Shown: positions 8,864 through 19,726 of the stretch, one piece after another
Numbering within the stretch: the first letter of the stretch is position 1
Layout: each line of letters opens with the position of its first letter
Virus record (IMG/VR): IMGVR_UViG_3300042009_000026
Location: 192,001-256,000 of that record
Reading direction: 5' to 3' (one strand)
DNA from: a virus
Lineage: Duplodnaviria > Heunggongvirae > Uroviricota > Caudoviricetes
Length of the DNA stretch: 64,000 nt
Notes under the pieces: model-generated
What the model was told of the DNA's origin: nothing
Database searches by the model: none
Seen by the model: only the letters and a program-made list of their open reading frames with translations
Translations under genes and position numbers: made by a program

Positions 8864-9730
8864 ATGAACGCTATTGTTGTATGTGATGATGCCCTGGCAG
8901 AAGTGATGGATCAAGAAGCTAAGACTGCGCGTGATGTGCAGTACATTACTGGCAGTGGCCAAGTCGTAAAGCTTAAGGCTCCGTCGATTGAAGACATGCA
9001 GCAAATGCATGATAATCTTACCAATCAACATAATGCACTCGATCTCCATGGCACTGCCCAACCGGATCACTTTTCTCGGGAAGGTTTGCGTCAACGTGAA
9101 AACTTGCACAACGAGACTTACATGGAACAACTCATCAAACCGATGTTCCCAGATGACTTCCCAGAAGAACAGGTAACTGATACCAAGCATAAAGCTTTGG
9201 ATGAAGATGGCACTTACCACTACATTGCTATGGACGACCTGCCTTTGGTTGGCCGTACTGATGCTCCGTACAAAGTTGCTACCACTGGTGACTTGTACAA
9301 ATACGTCAGTGGTCAATACTTGACGTTCAACCCGTATGCTGAAGTTGGATTCCAGCTCTCTGTTCCGCGTGTAGTTATCGAAGATGATACTGCGCATATG
9401 CCTACTGGCGGTAAAGGACCTCTGTCGATCATCTACAATGTTCATGCACTGCGTCGTGATCTGTATATGAAAGGTGTGATGAACTGGACTTACATGGACA
9501 TGGTTCCGAAAGGTTTGATCGCCCCTTCTGATCAACTGGAGAAACAACGTTCGATCTATTTCCGTCATAGCCACAAAGCACTGGTGGAGCAACTCCGTAC
9601 ACAACTCCGGGTTCGTGGTGAACTCCAGAAGGAATATGTTAATGCTCTGTCTCGCATTGGTGTTGACGTCTGGTATGCTGATCACCAGTTCGGTTTCAAA
9701 GACGGTGAGTTTGTAGCAGTGTTTGCATAA
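8864..9730 (+). CDS. Hypothetical protein
   Basis: 288-aa ORF with AAGGA RBS. Confidence 0.75.
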   Translation: MNAIVVCDDALAEVMDQEAKTARDVQYITGSGQVVKLKAPSIEDMQQMHDNLTNQHNALDLHGTAQPDHFSREGLRQRENLHNETYMEQLIKPMFPDDFPEEQVTDTKHKALDEDGTYHYIAMDDLPLVGRTDAPYKVATTGDLYKYVSGQYLTFNPYAEVGFQLSVPRVVIEDDTAHMPTGGKGPLSIIYNVHALRRDLYMKGVMNWTYMDMVPKGLIAPSDQLEKQRSIYFRHSHKALVEQLRTQLRVRGELQKEYVNALSRIGVDVWYADHQFGFKDGEFVAVFA

Positions 9731-9752
9731 ATCAACATACCGGATAAGACGA

Positions 9753-9799
9753 CATAATGGCTACCCTTCGGGGTAGCCTTATGCTGTATTTTTTTTTTT
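9753..9799. terminator. Terminator at a convergent junction
   Basis: GGCTACCC-TTCG-GGGTAGCC with CATAA/TTATG flanks, followed by an 11-T run. Confidence 0.8.
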
Positions 9800-9811
9800 G
9801 TTTCTTCGTGA

Positions 9812-10240
9812 CTAGAAATGCAGTGTAACTGGATAAGGAGGCAACCAATTGATTGCATTAATCCGAGGAGTTAATGTTACAGACGTAGCTGCTGGTAGAA
9901 TAGTACCAAAGAAGAAGTCTTCATCGTAAACAGCAATGTCATAAACACTACGAAGCATTTCTAATATTTCCGTAGTGTTAGCATAATCCCCAGGCTTACC
10001 CACTAGCTTAACATCCTTCAAAGCATCATCGATACGATAGCGATTATAATAAACCACTTGCGAACCTTTGATACGAGTAGAAGTGGTCTTAGCCTGTATG
10101 GTTACTCGAGCATTACAATCATTCTGCAACCATACACCCGCATTAACAAAGTCGACATCTTTAATTTGGATAGCAGGCACGATCCCATGTAATGCACTGA
10201 ACTCATTCAAGAGTTTTTCTTTTGTGTCCGGTAAATACAT
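9812..10240 (-). CDS. Virion structural protein (phiKZ gp126/127-like family)
   Basis: ORF track. A YxR...I..L....DD pattern is shared with 10248..11123 and 28484..29023. Confidence 0.7.
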   Translation of the reverse strand: MYLPDTKEKLLNEFSALHGIVPAIQIKDVDFVNAGVWLQNDCNARVTIQAKTTSTRIKGSQVVYYNRYRIDDALKDVKLVGKPGDYANTTEILEMLRSVYDIAVYDEDFFFGTILPAATSVTLTPRINAINWLPPYPVTLHF

Positions 10241-10247
10241 GTTAACC

Positions 10248-11123
10248 TCAATCGTAGTGCAGACGTAAGAAGCCTGTCATGTTAGAAGATAGATCACTAA
10301 GTTCTAATACCACTACACGGTAGAACTCAGAACGAGAAGTCCACTTAGGGATAGTCGCCCCATTGTAGACAACCTTACAATGTGGTTCACCATCTACTAA
10401 AGAATGGACGATGTTGTTAACGGCAGGAACAGATTGGATTTGGAACTTGATACCCGATGCCTGGAATAAAGGATTCAGTAGTTGTTCTGGGTTATGATAC
10501 AACCCAACTGGAAGATCCTTAAGACTATCTCGCCAACGACTGAAGTCATAACCATTCGTGCAGTAGTTACCATTGATTTTGGCAGGATCAGGTCGAACCG
10601 TTACTTCAGGAAACTCATTCGGTTTAGTTGTCAACGTAGAGATGTCAATCTTAGACGTATTAGTTAAACGAACGCGCAAGAAACCAACAAACCGTAAGGA
10701 CTTGTCATCCGCCTGAATAATTATATCGTTATCACCTACAGCATTGAATCGATCGAAAGTTTGATGGATGAAGTCATCTGTCTCAAATACAATCTCATTA
10801 CGTTTACCAAGCTTAGTCAGAATATCAATCGTGCTAATGGGTAACGTTAAACCACGAATGTCAACAGCAAAGGTATTGCGGAAGAACTCAGTGCAATTCA
10901 GTCGATCATAAGTGAATACCGTTTCGGTAATCTCTGGCATCATGTTAACTGGATTAGTAGAACGGTTCGGAATGATTTCAATCTGAGTTAGCTTAGGACC
11001 CAACTTAACCAGTTCCTTTAACTTCACAATTCCAGGTTGGAGTTGGAAATTATATTTGTCATTGATCATGTCACAAATAGCTTGCCATGAACCTACCTTG
11101 AGGTAGTCGCGTGTGATATACAT
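10248..11123 (-). CDS. Virion structural protein (phiKZ gp127-like)
   Basis: ORF track, synteny, C-terminal GFLRLHY. Confidence 0.7.
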   Translation of the reverse strand: MYITRDYLKVGSWQAICDMINDKYNFQLQPGIVKLKELVKLGPKLTQIEIIPNRSTNPVNMMPEITETVFTYDRLNCTEFFRNTFAVDIRGLTLPISTIDILTKLGKRNEIVFETDDFIHQTFDRFNAVGDNDIIIQADDKSLRFVGFLRVRLTNTSKIDISTLTTKPNEFPEVTVRPDPAKINGNYCTNGYDFSRWRDSLKDLPVGLYHNPEQLLNPLFQASGIKFQIQSVPAVNNIVHSLVDGEPHCKVVYNGATIPKWTSRSEFYRVVVLELSDLSSNMTGFLRLHYD

Positions 11124-13295
11124 TTAAACATCATCCATATCTGGGTAGTTGGGGTCGTCTGAGTTTTGGTATTGACCGAGGTGGTTATCTACTGGCGGAG
11201 CATCATCAGTAAAGAACTGTACCTTCATCAACCCTACGGATGGCATCTTGGTCTTAATGTGAGAAACAGCTAACGAAAGATCGTTAATATAAACCATCGG
11301 ATCAATCCTCCGATACAATGTACCATCAGCAGACAAATCGATATTAGGTAATACCTGAGCATCTGTAATTTTGGTCTTCATGTAACCAATCGATTTGTAA
11401 GCATGGACATTTATGGTATCCACCGTTGCTCGGAAGTAGGAGCCCATTGACGCTCTGTAATCACCTACCCGTACCGTTGGCATACCAATGACATGGAAGT
11501 TAGTGTAGGCGACGTTACGGAGGTACTGGAGAGGATAAGATGACAGACGTTTCATCAACCGCAACAGTTCCCGCTGAATTTCACCCAATGTGATCACTTT
11601 AAACAGATTCGCACCAGTTGCAATGTTAATGCAGTCTGTTACAAGTTGTTCATATTCGGAAACACGGAACCCACGAATGTCGATACCCTGAGGTAAGAAG
11701 TAATCATCAAATGAGATAGGGTCTTTTACCAGACGACATGTACGATTCATGTAATGTGCCTTAACAGCATTCTCACACATCGCTCGACCATCTTTATGTT
11801 CCTGTAGCGAATATAGTTCCCACAGACGTAAGTAAGACTTATGACACCGAGTAGCGTCTAAGTAAAACTGTTCTGTAGAAATGTAAGACGTCATCGGGAA
11901 TACACGGTCTTGGATAGCGGTCAATACGTTGTCCCCAACGATACGTGGAGACACGAATGTCTTCAGTTGATCCAATGTCGGGAGAGGATTACGCATTACT
12001 TCATACGCGACCATAGAAGGAATCATGGTGATATCAGATTCCAATACTTGGGCATAAGCGTAGAGCATCATGATGTATGCATCTTTGACAGACACCGTCA
12101 TAAGCTCACCAGTCCGTGGATTAGGGATCTGTACATAAGCACGATACTTACCACGAGAGGCTAAGTCTAACCATTCGTTCAACAGAACGTTCATGTGAGA
12201 ACGCACAGAAGAAGTAGACCGGTCGATTACTTCAGAGTCGAGGATCTTAGTAGGCAAAGTAGAGAACTGATCAGATTCGATTTGTTCGGTAATCTCTTTC
12301 TCTGCGTCAAAACGTACGAGTGGGTTATCACGAGCCAGTGGATCTTCTCGTTCGAGAACCTGCCCAACGGTAGCTTTATCTTGTCCTTCATGAACAACAG
12401 GAAAGTTAACATCCAGTTTGATAAGTTCAGCCGTTGGCTTTAGGTCACCAGGCATTGCGGAAGCGTTCTGCTTGATGTTATACCAGATTAACGGGATACC
12501 ACGAGGGGTAAGGATATTATCTACCAACCGTTGCCATGTAGATTCTTTACCCACGTTACGTTCGTACCAATTAACATCACGGTACAAATGAAGTTGTTGC
12601 CCTTTGTCGAGATAAGGCATGAACTCATCCAAACGAGAGTTCGAACCCAGCCATTCACGAATGAAGAAACTGTTAGCACGACGGGTCTTAGCATTACGCA
12701 AACGAATCAACATGATCGCTAGCGGAAGCTGCGTATAAAGAGAACCCAGGAAGCCTGCAAAGTACAGATCATCCGAGATGTTAAACTGTTCATTGTACCA
12801 GCGATTGTAAAATGACGTCACCCAGTCTTGAAGTTCGTGATCGAAGTTATCTTCGTTCTCTTCAACATACTTGGGGTCATAGTACAAAATCTCACCATTA
12901 TGTGAATCAATCGCACGATCGATGTCAATTGGGTAGATAACCCCATTGATCAAACCGACTTGGTCAGGAAACTGACGCACTAGGTTATTGTAATAAATAC
13001 TGCCTGGAACATACTCTCGGGCAGTTGCACGGTGAATTGCTAGATTATCCTTTGTGAAGTCTATCATTTCCAACGTGTCTATGGACCGCACTACCATTTT
13101 ACTGTCCGTCGAGTGATACTCGCCAGCCATGTTCATGTAGTACTTCCACGATTTAGGATCAAGCTCATCCGAGATGATACCTTCTTCCGCCAGCCGTTCA
13201 TTTAGAATAGTGGCTGCTGCATCGAATTTAATCACCACTGTACGGGCTAGGCGCATTGTATCGTTTCGGTAAACTTCGAAATAAACGTTGCTCAT
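11124..13295 (-). CDS. Virion (probable baseplate) protein, phiKZ gp128-like
   Basis: WKYYMNMAGEYH motif, 723 aa, divergent from the portal gene as in phiKZ-like phages. Confidence 0.75.
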   Translation of the reverse strand: MSNVYFEVYRNDTMRLARTVVIKFDAAATILNERLAEEGIISDELDPKSWKYYMNMAGEYHSTDSKMVVRSIDTLEMIDFTKDNLAIHRATAREYVPGSIYYNNLVRQFPDQVGLINGVIYPIDIDRAIDSHNGEILYYDPKYVEENEDNFDHELQDWVTSFYNRWYNEQFNISDDLYFAGFLGSLYTQLPLAIMLIRLRNAKTRRANSFFIREWLGSNSRLDEFMPYLDKGQQLHLYRDVNWYERNVGKESTWQRLVDNILTPRGIPLIWYNIKQNASAMPGDLKPTAELIKLDVNFPVVHEGQDKATVGQVLEREDPLARDNPLVRFDAEKEITEQIESDQFSTLPTKILDSEVIDRSTSSVRSHMNVLLNEWLDLASRGKYRAYVQIPNPRTGELMTVSVKDAYIMMLYAYAQVLESDITMIPSMVAYEVMRNPLPTLDQLKTFVSPRIVGDNVLTAIQDRVFPMTSYISTEQFYLDATRCHKSYLRLWELYSLQEHKDGRAMCENAVKAHYMNRTCRLVKDPISFDDYFLPQGIDIRGFRVSEYEQLVTDCINIATGANLFKVITLGEIQRELLRLMKRLSSYPLQYLRNVAYTNFHVIGMPTVRVGDYRASMGSYFRATVDTINVHAYKSIGYMKTKITDAQVLPNIDLSADGTLYRRIDPMVYINDLSLAVSHIKTKMPSVGLMKVQFFTDDAPPVDNHLGQYQNSDDPNYPDMDDV

Positions 13296-13328
13296 GCTTT
13301 TTACTCACTTGAATAATGGGAGCTTCTC

Positions 13329-16088
13329 ATGGCTCGAAAAACTGGGGGGAACGGTAAAACGTATCCCATGTTTGAACAAACCCAAGAAGGCCTCAATCCA
13401 TTAACGCCCATTGGCGGTGTTATTAACTTGCTGCGTAAAGCAGTTAGTGAAAAGGGACAGAGTGTCAACCAACCACGCGTTGGTATCAACAAACAAACAA
13501 TGGATCGAGTATCGCGTCAGACGTCGCAAGACATTACTGATAACGACTCAATCATGCAGCTCAACCCAGACTTAGAACTTGTTGAGACCGTAATGGTCGG
13601 TAACATTCTCTCGCCTAAGGATCTGGGTGAAACGGAACTGGCTTGGTCTGTTGACCCGGTTCTGTTTGATAGTGAAATTGCACGACTACTGATAGAGCCT
13701 GTAGAAGAGCATTTTAAACGAGACTATAAGATTAACGACCGTCTCGACCTGGTGCTACGAGAGATCATGTTCCGTAAAGGCGCATCGATCCATATCGTTC
13801 TACCAGAGACCGTACTCGACCATTTGGTTAACGGCACACGCAAGGTTTCCATGGAGGCCTATGCAGGTTTCCGTAAGCGTATGTCACAGGGCGAACCACT
13901 CGGTTTATTAGGTCACCCCACCAATGCTAACATCTCGTTAGAAAGTTGGAATGTAACTACCGACGGCGCAAACAAGATTCGTGGTGATGCTAATCTACTC
14001 GTTACTGACAACTTCAACATCCTGAAGTCTCCCGTAGTGGGTCGTCGTGTTCGTGAGACACGTATCGCTGACCGTTTGAATCGTCATCGTATTTCTCTTG
14101 AAGCAGAACTGCAACAAGAAACGCAGAACTACAACTTTACCAATGCTGACATTGAAAAGCTTTATCAACGGAACCGTAATGGCACTACTGACCATGCTCA
14201 AGTTGTAACATCACCTCAGTTCATGGACAGGAAGTCTGTAGGGCATCCCCTGGCACTGCTTCCACCAATGGAAGCCGTTATCCCGGTATTCATGCAGGGC
14301 CGTCCACATGAGCACGTAGGTTACTTCTTGCTGGTAGACCAAAATGGTTATCCGGTATCGAAAGACTCTACTCGTGACTTCTATGGTGAGCTGCAAAGTT
14401 CATGGAATTCTAGCGGTGGCGGTAACTCTGATGGCAACTCTGAGATCCTCCGTCTAACACGTGAGGCGATGGGAGCCAATGCCAGCAAGCAGGATTATGA
14501 AGTAGACGAGATCCAAAAGACTTATAATTCGATCATTGTGAACGATCTACATAACCGTCTTCGTAACGGCGAGTACGATCAAGAACTCGAAATCGGTATG
14601 TCTGAAGAAATCCAACGGATCATGTTGTTCCGTAGCTGGGAACAGAAATGTACTCAACTCGTTTTCATTCCATCCGAACTCTGCACCTATATGGCTTTCA
14701 ACTTCAATGCTAACGGTGTGGGTGAATCACTACTGTCCCGTTCGAAGATGATTGCAACCATGCGTTCTACTTTGCTGATGGCTGATACCGTCGGTGGCAT
14801 GCGTAACGCAGTAGGTCGTAAGAAAGTTAACATCACGCTAGACCCGGATGATCCAGATGCTGAACAAACCATCTCGAACATTCAATCAGCTATCATGGAA
14901 CAAGCACATCGTTCGTTCCCACTGGCTGCTCCCGATCCTACTCAAGCAATGGACCACCTAATCCGTTCTGGCTTTGACTTTGCCATTAACGTTAACGGTG
15001 CAGACTATGCTGAAACGAAAGTAGAGTATGATGACTATAACACGAACCAACAGGCTGGTAACCCAGATCTGCAGGATCGTCTACGTCGCATGCATATTTC
15101 CGGTATGGGTGTACACCCTGAGAAAGTTGACCCGATGTCTTCACCAGACTTCGCTACAACTGCAACTCAGAACGACTTGGTATTCTCCCGTCGTGTACGT
15201 GCTTATCAGAAAGCTTTCACTGAGTACCTGCAAAAGTTCATTCGTACTTACACACACCACAGTTCGATCTTGCGCCAGAAGATGGCTAAGGCGATTGTGA
15301 AGAACCGTAAGATGTTATCGCCAGAACAAGCAGCACAACCAATCGATGAGATCATTGATGAATTCATCGGAGCATTGGAAGTATCGTTGCCTGCTCCTGA
15401 TAATACCCAACATGAACGTCAAGCCGAATCGTATCGTGCTTATTCCGATCTGTTGGACTCGACACTGGAAGCTTTCATTACACCTGACCTGTTCCCTGAT
15501 GAAGTACTAGGGATGTCTGGTGTAGCTGATAAGATCCTGAACCATGTTAAAGCTTACTTCAAACGTCAGTGGCTAACCAACAACAATGTCATGCCTGAAC
15601 TGGGTGTACTGTTGGAGATGGATGGTGATAAGCCTGCGTTCTCGTTGTTAGACTACATGGCAACTGCCCAGTCTACTATGGGTCGAGCATTCATGGAGTT
15701 TATGAAGCACGAAGTCGATAACAAAGACGCATTTGCCAAAGAGTTCAAGAAAGTTATTGAAGCTGCTGGCGCAAGCGACGGTGGATTTGGTGGAGATGCT
15801 GGTGGTGGCTTCGGTGATGATACCGGAGGTGATGACACAGGTAGCGGAGACGATGGTTTCGGCGATCTGGGTGGCGGTACAGACGACGGTATGGGCGGTG
15901 ACCTTAGCAGTGACATGGGTGGTGACACCAGTGGTACTGATGACATGGGTCTTGATGAACCTAGTGCTGATGACTCAACTACAGACGAGGATGCAGCGGG
16001 CGATACGGATGGCTTGGATGATCCGCATGCAGCAGCAGCTAAGGATGAAGAAGAGGATAAGGACGAAGAAGCACTCAACAATTTGTAA
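13329..16088 (+). CDS. Portal protein (phiKZ gp129-like)
   Basis: 919 aa. EHVGYFLLVDQNGYP and NGVGESLL motifs, internal SME/SLE protease-type sites, acidic G/D tail, synteny. Confidence 0.8.
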   Translation: MARKTGGNGKTYPMFEQTQEGLNPLTPIGGVINLLRKAVSEKGQSVNQPRVGINKQTMDRVSRQTSQDITDNDSIMQLNPDLELVETVMVGNILSPKDLGETELAWSVDPVLFDSEIARLLIEPVEEHFKRDYKINDRLDLVLREIMFRKGASIHIVLPETVLDHLVNGTRKVSMEAYAGFRKRMSQGEPLGLLGHPTNANISLESWNVTTDGANKIRGDANLLVTDNFNILKSPVVGRRVRETRIADRLNRHRISLEAELQQETQNYNFTNADIEKLYQRNRNGTTDHAQVVTSPQFMDRKSVGHPLALLPPMEAVIPVFMQGRPHEHVGYFLLVDQNGYPVSKDSTRDFYGELQSSWNSSGGGNSDGNSEILRLTREAMGANASKQDYEVDEIQKTYNSIIVNDLHNRLRNGEYDQELEIGMSEEIQRIMLFRSWEQKCTQLVFIPSELCTYMAFNFNANGVGESLLSRSKMIATMRSTLLMADTVGGMRNAVGRKKVNITLDPDDPDAEQTISNIQSAIMEQAHRSFPLAAPDPTQAMDHLIRSGFDFAINVNGADYAETKVEYDDYNTNQQAGNPDLQDRLRRMHISGMGVHPEKVDPMSSPDFATTATQNDLVFSRRVRAYQKAFTEYLQKFIRTYTHHSSILRQKMAKAIVKNRKMLSPEQAAQPIDEIIDEFIGALEVSLPAPDNTQHERQAESYRAYSDLLDSTLEAFITPDLFPDEVLGMSGVADKILNHVKAYFKRQWLTNNNVMPELGVLLEMDGDKPAFSLLDYMATAQSTMGRAFMEFMKHEVDNKDAFAKEFKKVIEAAGASDGGFGGDAGGGFGDDTGGDDTGSGDDGFGDLGGGTDDGMGGDLSSDMGGDTSGTDDMGLDEPSADDSTTDEDAAGDTDGLDDPHAAAAKDEEEDKDEEALNNL

Positions 16089-16126
16089 CGACATATTAGC
16101 CTTCCCGTTGGGGAAGGCTTTATGCC
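16089..16126. terminator. Bidirectional hairpin between convergent genes
   Basis: AGCCTTCCC-gttg-GGGAAGGCT with CATA/TATG flanks. Confidence 0.75.
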
Positions 16127-16127
16127 A

Positions 16128-17375
16128 TCAATTAGAACCAAGTACTCGGAAGAAAGCATCATCATGGATGAAGGGTTGTGCTGGATTACGGCCACCATCT
16201 ACAATAGCTTTAGTTTGCCACCGTCTATGGTTAGCATCGTAGTCGTGCCGAATATTATTTGTACCTGCATAAACGAATGTATCCACTTCATGAATCGTGT
16301 GGTAATCAAGCATCCGACCATAAGCACCTACGATGGGTAGGTTATCACCCGAAGGATCAATGAACCGACCTGGTAGACGTAACCATTCGATAGGTTCGTA
16401 GTCTTGAAAGAATGAAGGAGTGTCAACAACTACAAAGAAAGATTGTGACATGGTTAGATACTTCAACACTACTTCATCAGAACGCATTTGTTCAAGAGAC
16501 ATTAGTGTTGGGTTTTTAGGATCAACAACCAAACCTAAAGTATCTAGATCTAGTTCTTTAACTGATTGGATATACCGATCCAAGAACATCGAAGAACCAA
16601 CTTCAACACGCCATGTCCTATCACCTACGGGCTTATAGACTTTCCCCAATACCTGCAGATAACCACCTACCACCAACAGAACAGTTTTGTCCGTAATATC
16701 GATGTTGCTAGGCATGGTGATATAAGAAGCATCATTTAGTGGAGCACCTTCCCGTTGCGGACTAATCATTGATTCGGTAATAGGGATCTTTTGAATAGCT
16801 CCAATCGTTTCGAATGAGTATACACCGATCTGGTTATTGTTCGCACGACGTACAGACTTATTACCATCCAATACACGAATACCAGCAGCAGTATAATCGG
16901 TGATATGGAAATATCCATTAACCGTAGTTAGGCAATACTTATCGTAATCGGCATACGAATGAATCGGATGTGTTAGAATCAAATCTTCTTTGACAAATTT
17001 AGATGCTGTGGAGTTAACATGCAGGTCACGACCTTTAGGTTGAGCAATATAACCAGCATGCCAAGCCTGAGCATATCGTACCAGTCGTTCTGTTTCATCT
17101 GGTAACTGCGCTTCGAAAGGCAAGGTCACATTACCAATAGAAGTTAACCATTGCTGTACAGTAAATGTCGGATCAACGTTATTCATCCAAGTTGTAACAT
17201 TATCAAACTTAAGAGCTTTGAGTTGTTGCTGGCCTGCACCTGGATAACCGATGTAAAGAATTACGTCGCCATAAGTCACAGACAGAGTGGTAACGATTGC
17301 ATTACTGAGGTCAGCTTCTTGCCAACGACCTTTACGTCTATCGGCCCGATAGCGTGCACGTACTAGAGTGTACAT
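16128..17375 (-). CDS. Virion structural protein (phiKZ gp130-like)
   Basis: CLTTVNGYFH and LLVVGGYL motifs; synteny. Confidence 0.7.
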   Translation of the reverse strand: MYTLVRARYRADRRKGRWQEADLSNAIVTTLSVTYGDVILYIGYPGAGQQQLKALKFDNVTTWMNNVDPTFTVQQWLTSIGNVTLPFEAQLPDETERLVRYAQAWHAGYIAQPKGRDLHVNSTASKFVKEDLILTHPIHSYADYDKYCLTTVNGYFHITDYTAAGIRVLDGNKSVRRANNNQIGVYSFETIGAIQKIPITESMISPQREGAPLNDASYITMPSNIDITDKTVLLVVGGYLQVLGKVYKPVGDRTWRVEVGSSMFLDRYIQSVKELDLDTLGLVVDPKNPTLMSLEQMRSDEVVLKYLTMSQSFFVVVDTPSFFQDYEPIEWLRLPGRFIDPSGDNLPIVGAYGRMLDYHTIHEVDTFVYAGTNNIRHDYDANHRRWQTKAIVDGGRNPAQPFIHDDAFFRVLGSN

Positions 17376-17482
17376 TGATGAACCTCCGTGGGATTGAATA
17401 ATCCTATGTGAATTTAAAAATACTGGTGTGCATACACATCATTAAGCTAACAACTGCGCACCAGCGCTACATAGGAGGATAT

Positions 17483-19726
17483 ATGTCCACCATGAGTACA
17501 ACTGGTCTCTACGAAGAGGACCTGCACGGCACGAACCCTGCGAACCTCGTAACAGGTGAGATCCAGACGCTGCAAGTTCCTGGGCCTGATGATTACTACT
17601 TCATCATTCCAAAAGCTGCTCCGTACTTTACGGACTCTCTCAAAGTGTACAACGCCCAAACGGGACAGTTGTATGTGGAAAACGAAGACTACCTAACAGG
17701 CCACTTCTTCATTGAAGCTATGGACTCAATCGGTCGACCAATTAATGGTTCTATTCGTTTTATGAAACGAACCATCCAGGGTCAAGTACGATTAGAGTAT
17801 CGGACTATTGGTGGTCAATGGGGCTTTAGTGATTCGGCTATCCTGGCAGAACTGTCTAACCGACAGCTTAATCCACTTATCCGTACTTGGGCTCAAATCG
17901 ATGTACTCCCGGCATTGTTTCCTGTACTGGAACACAACCAAGCAGTTAACTCACTGATTGGCTCTGCACAAATCCTGGAAGCATTGGAAGCCTTAACTGC
18001 GGTCGTCGAGGCTTCGGCTGAAGGCGCCTCCCAGTCTCACTTGCTGGACTTTGCTAACCCACACCGGGTAACTAAAGCACAAGTGTTATTAGGCCTAGTA
18101 CAAAACTATGCAATGGCAACAGATACTGAAGCCCGCGCTGGTCTGCGTGATGATGTTTACATGTCGTCTCGTGCTGTTTATCTACAAGTAGTGGATAAAG
18201 CACTGACCCCGCTCAATGCACACATTGCTGCTCAAGGTAACGTGCATGGCTTGACAGCTGCTGACCTCAACTTAGGTCGGGTTCCTAACTTCTCTGCTGC
18301 ATCGCCAACAGAAGCGGTAGATATCACTAACAACATTACACTGTTAACTCCGTATACCGGTGCATTGTTGTTCGAACAGCTTTCTAACGTACCACGGATC
18401 GATGCATTAGAAAACCTAATCCGCGATCACATTGCTGATACCAACAATCCACACCAACTGACTCCTGCTATTTTGGGTATGTACTCAAATGCAGAGATTG
18501 ATCAGAAACTGGCCGACATCGCTGGTGGGGGTGGTGATGCTACTACTTTCGGTGGTAAGACTCCAGCAGAATGGGAAGATAGCTTCACCTCAGTAGATGA
18601 TGTCGAATCGGTAATCGATAAAGTTCGTATTCAACACGAAGAGAATATTGCATTAATTCAAACCGTGTCACTAACATCCAGTTGGACACCAGCCGATGAA
18701 ACAGCTTATCAAGGTTCCTTGATTGGTTCCGCCACTGCAGGCTACGGCATGTATGGTGTGATCAACTCATTCAACTCAGTTAATCTGATTCAAGGGTCTG
18801 ATGTTCCACAGATTCCGAACTTGGCTACATTGCGAAACGCTGCTGATGGCTGGGCATCTGCTGAAGATGCGGTTTACGTTATCGCTCCGAATGGTGCATT
18901 GCGGGCCTATGGTTCTGCATCCGTTGCTGCTCCAGTAGGTTGGAAGGATGATGTTTCCTTTAATACAGCTAATGCATTGGAAGCAGTATGGGCTACGGCT
19001 AGTTTGGTATACATGCGTAAGCGTGGTACTCCTGCCAACGGATCTAACCCAGCTATTCCTGGTGATCTGTACATGTACGGCGCGGCCACGCCATTGACTT
19101 TGGTTTCCCCATCATCAGAAGGACCAGTGACTATCTTTACTTCATCCCAGCAAACCTACATCGGCGAAACATCGGTATTGGAAATTGCAGATGATGTATT
19201 CGTTGGTCGCGGTACTGCTCCATGGGTATCTGCTATCAATGCTGTTATCACCGCAGTATCTGCAGAAATCGATGGCATCGACAATACTGATTTCATTCGG
19301 GATATCCGGATTGGCGACACACATGTAATCATCACTAGCTCGGTTCAAGGTGATCTCTATGTGTATCAAATCAACCGTACTGGTAACAACGTTACTGGTG
19401 TAGTCCGAGTTACTGATCCAGCTATTTTCGATACCCATGGTACCTTAGTACCAATTGGCGCAATCACTGGGGTTAAAGCAGTATCTGGTGCATACAAGCA
19501 CTTCTGTATTGTTACTGCAGATGACGAAGCCTTGTTCTTTGGGGATAACTCCCAAGGTCAATGTGAAGTGGATAATGCAGCTGGTCCATTCCTATCGATT
19601 GCAGCAGGCAATAACTTTACCGTTACGGTTAATACAAAACACCAAACGATGTTCTGGGGTAATTCACCGGATAACTCAATGTTGTATGGTAACCGTGGCA
19701 TTACGATCGAAGAGGTAACTCCATGA
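17483..19726 (+). CDS. Tail tip/baseplate fibre protein (phiKZ gp131-like)
   Basis: ATG after GGAGG. N-terminal YEEDLHGTNPANLV, H..D..NPH repeats, C-terminal RCC1/propeller-like repeats (FGDNSQGQ, WGNS). Confidence 0.8.
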   Translation: MSTMSTTGLYEEDLHGTNPANLVTGEIQTLQVPGPDDYYFIIPKAAPYFTDSLKVYNAQTGQLYVENEDYLTGHFFIEAMDSIGRPINGSIRFMKRTIQGQVRLEYRTIGGQWGFSDSAILAELSNRQLNPLIRTWAQIDVLPALFPVLEHNQAVNSLIGSAQILEALEALTAVVEASAEGASQSHLLDFANPHRVTKAQVLLGLVQNYAMATDTEARAGLRDDVYMSSRAVYLQVVDKALTPLNAHIAAQGNVHGLTAADLNLGRVPNFSAASPTEAVDITNNITLLTPYTGALLFEQLSNVPRIDALENLIRDHIADTNNPHQLTPAILGMYSNAEIDQKLADIAGGGGDATTFGGKTPAEWEDSFTSVDDVESVIDKVRIQHEENIALIQTVSLTSSWTPADETAYQGSLIGSATAGYGMYGVINSFNSVNLIQGSDVPQIPNLATLRNAADGWASAEDAVYVIAPNGALRAYGSASVAAPVGWKDDVSFNTANALEAVWATASLVYMRKRGTPANGSNPAIPGDLYMYGAATPLTLVSPSSEGPVTIFTSSQQTYIGETSVLEIADDVFVGRGTAPWVSAINAVITAVSAEIDGIDNTDFIRDIRIGDTHVIITSSVQGDLYVYQINRTGNNVTGVVRVTDPAIFDTHGTLVPIGAITGVKAVSGAYKHFCIVTADDEALFFGDNSQGQCEVDNAAGPFLSIAAGNNFTVTVNTKHQTMFWGNSPDNSMLYGNRGITIEEVTP

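Noticed and set aside
932-9685. Long antisense ORFs (932..2014, 4464..5393, 5863..7527, 8846..9685)
   Set aside because: They shadow well-supported + strand genes. The codon bias of those genes suppresses antisense stops, and the translations have no recognisable motifs.
9789-9799. 11-T homopolymer as a phase-variation site
   Set aside because: Intergenic between convergent genes and directly after a hairpin; best explained as a terminator U-tract.
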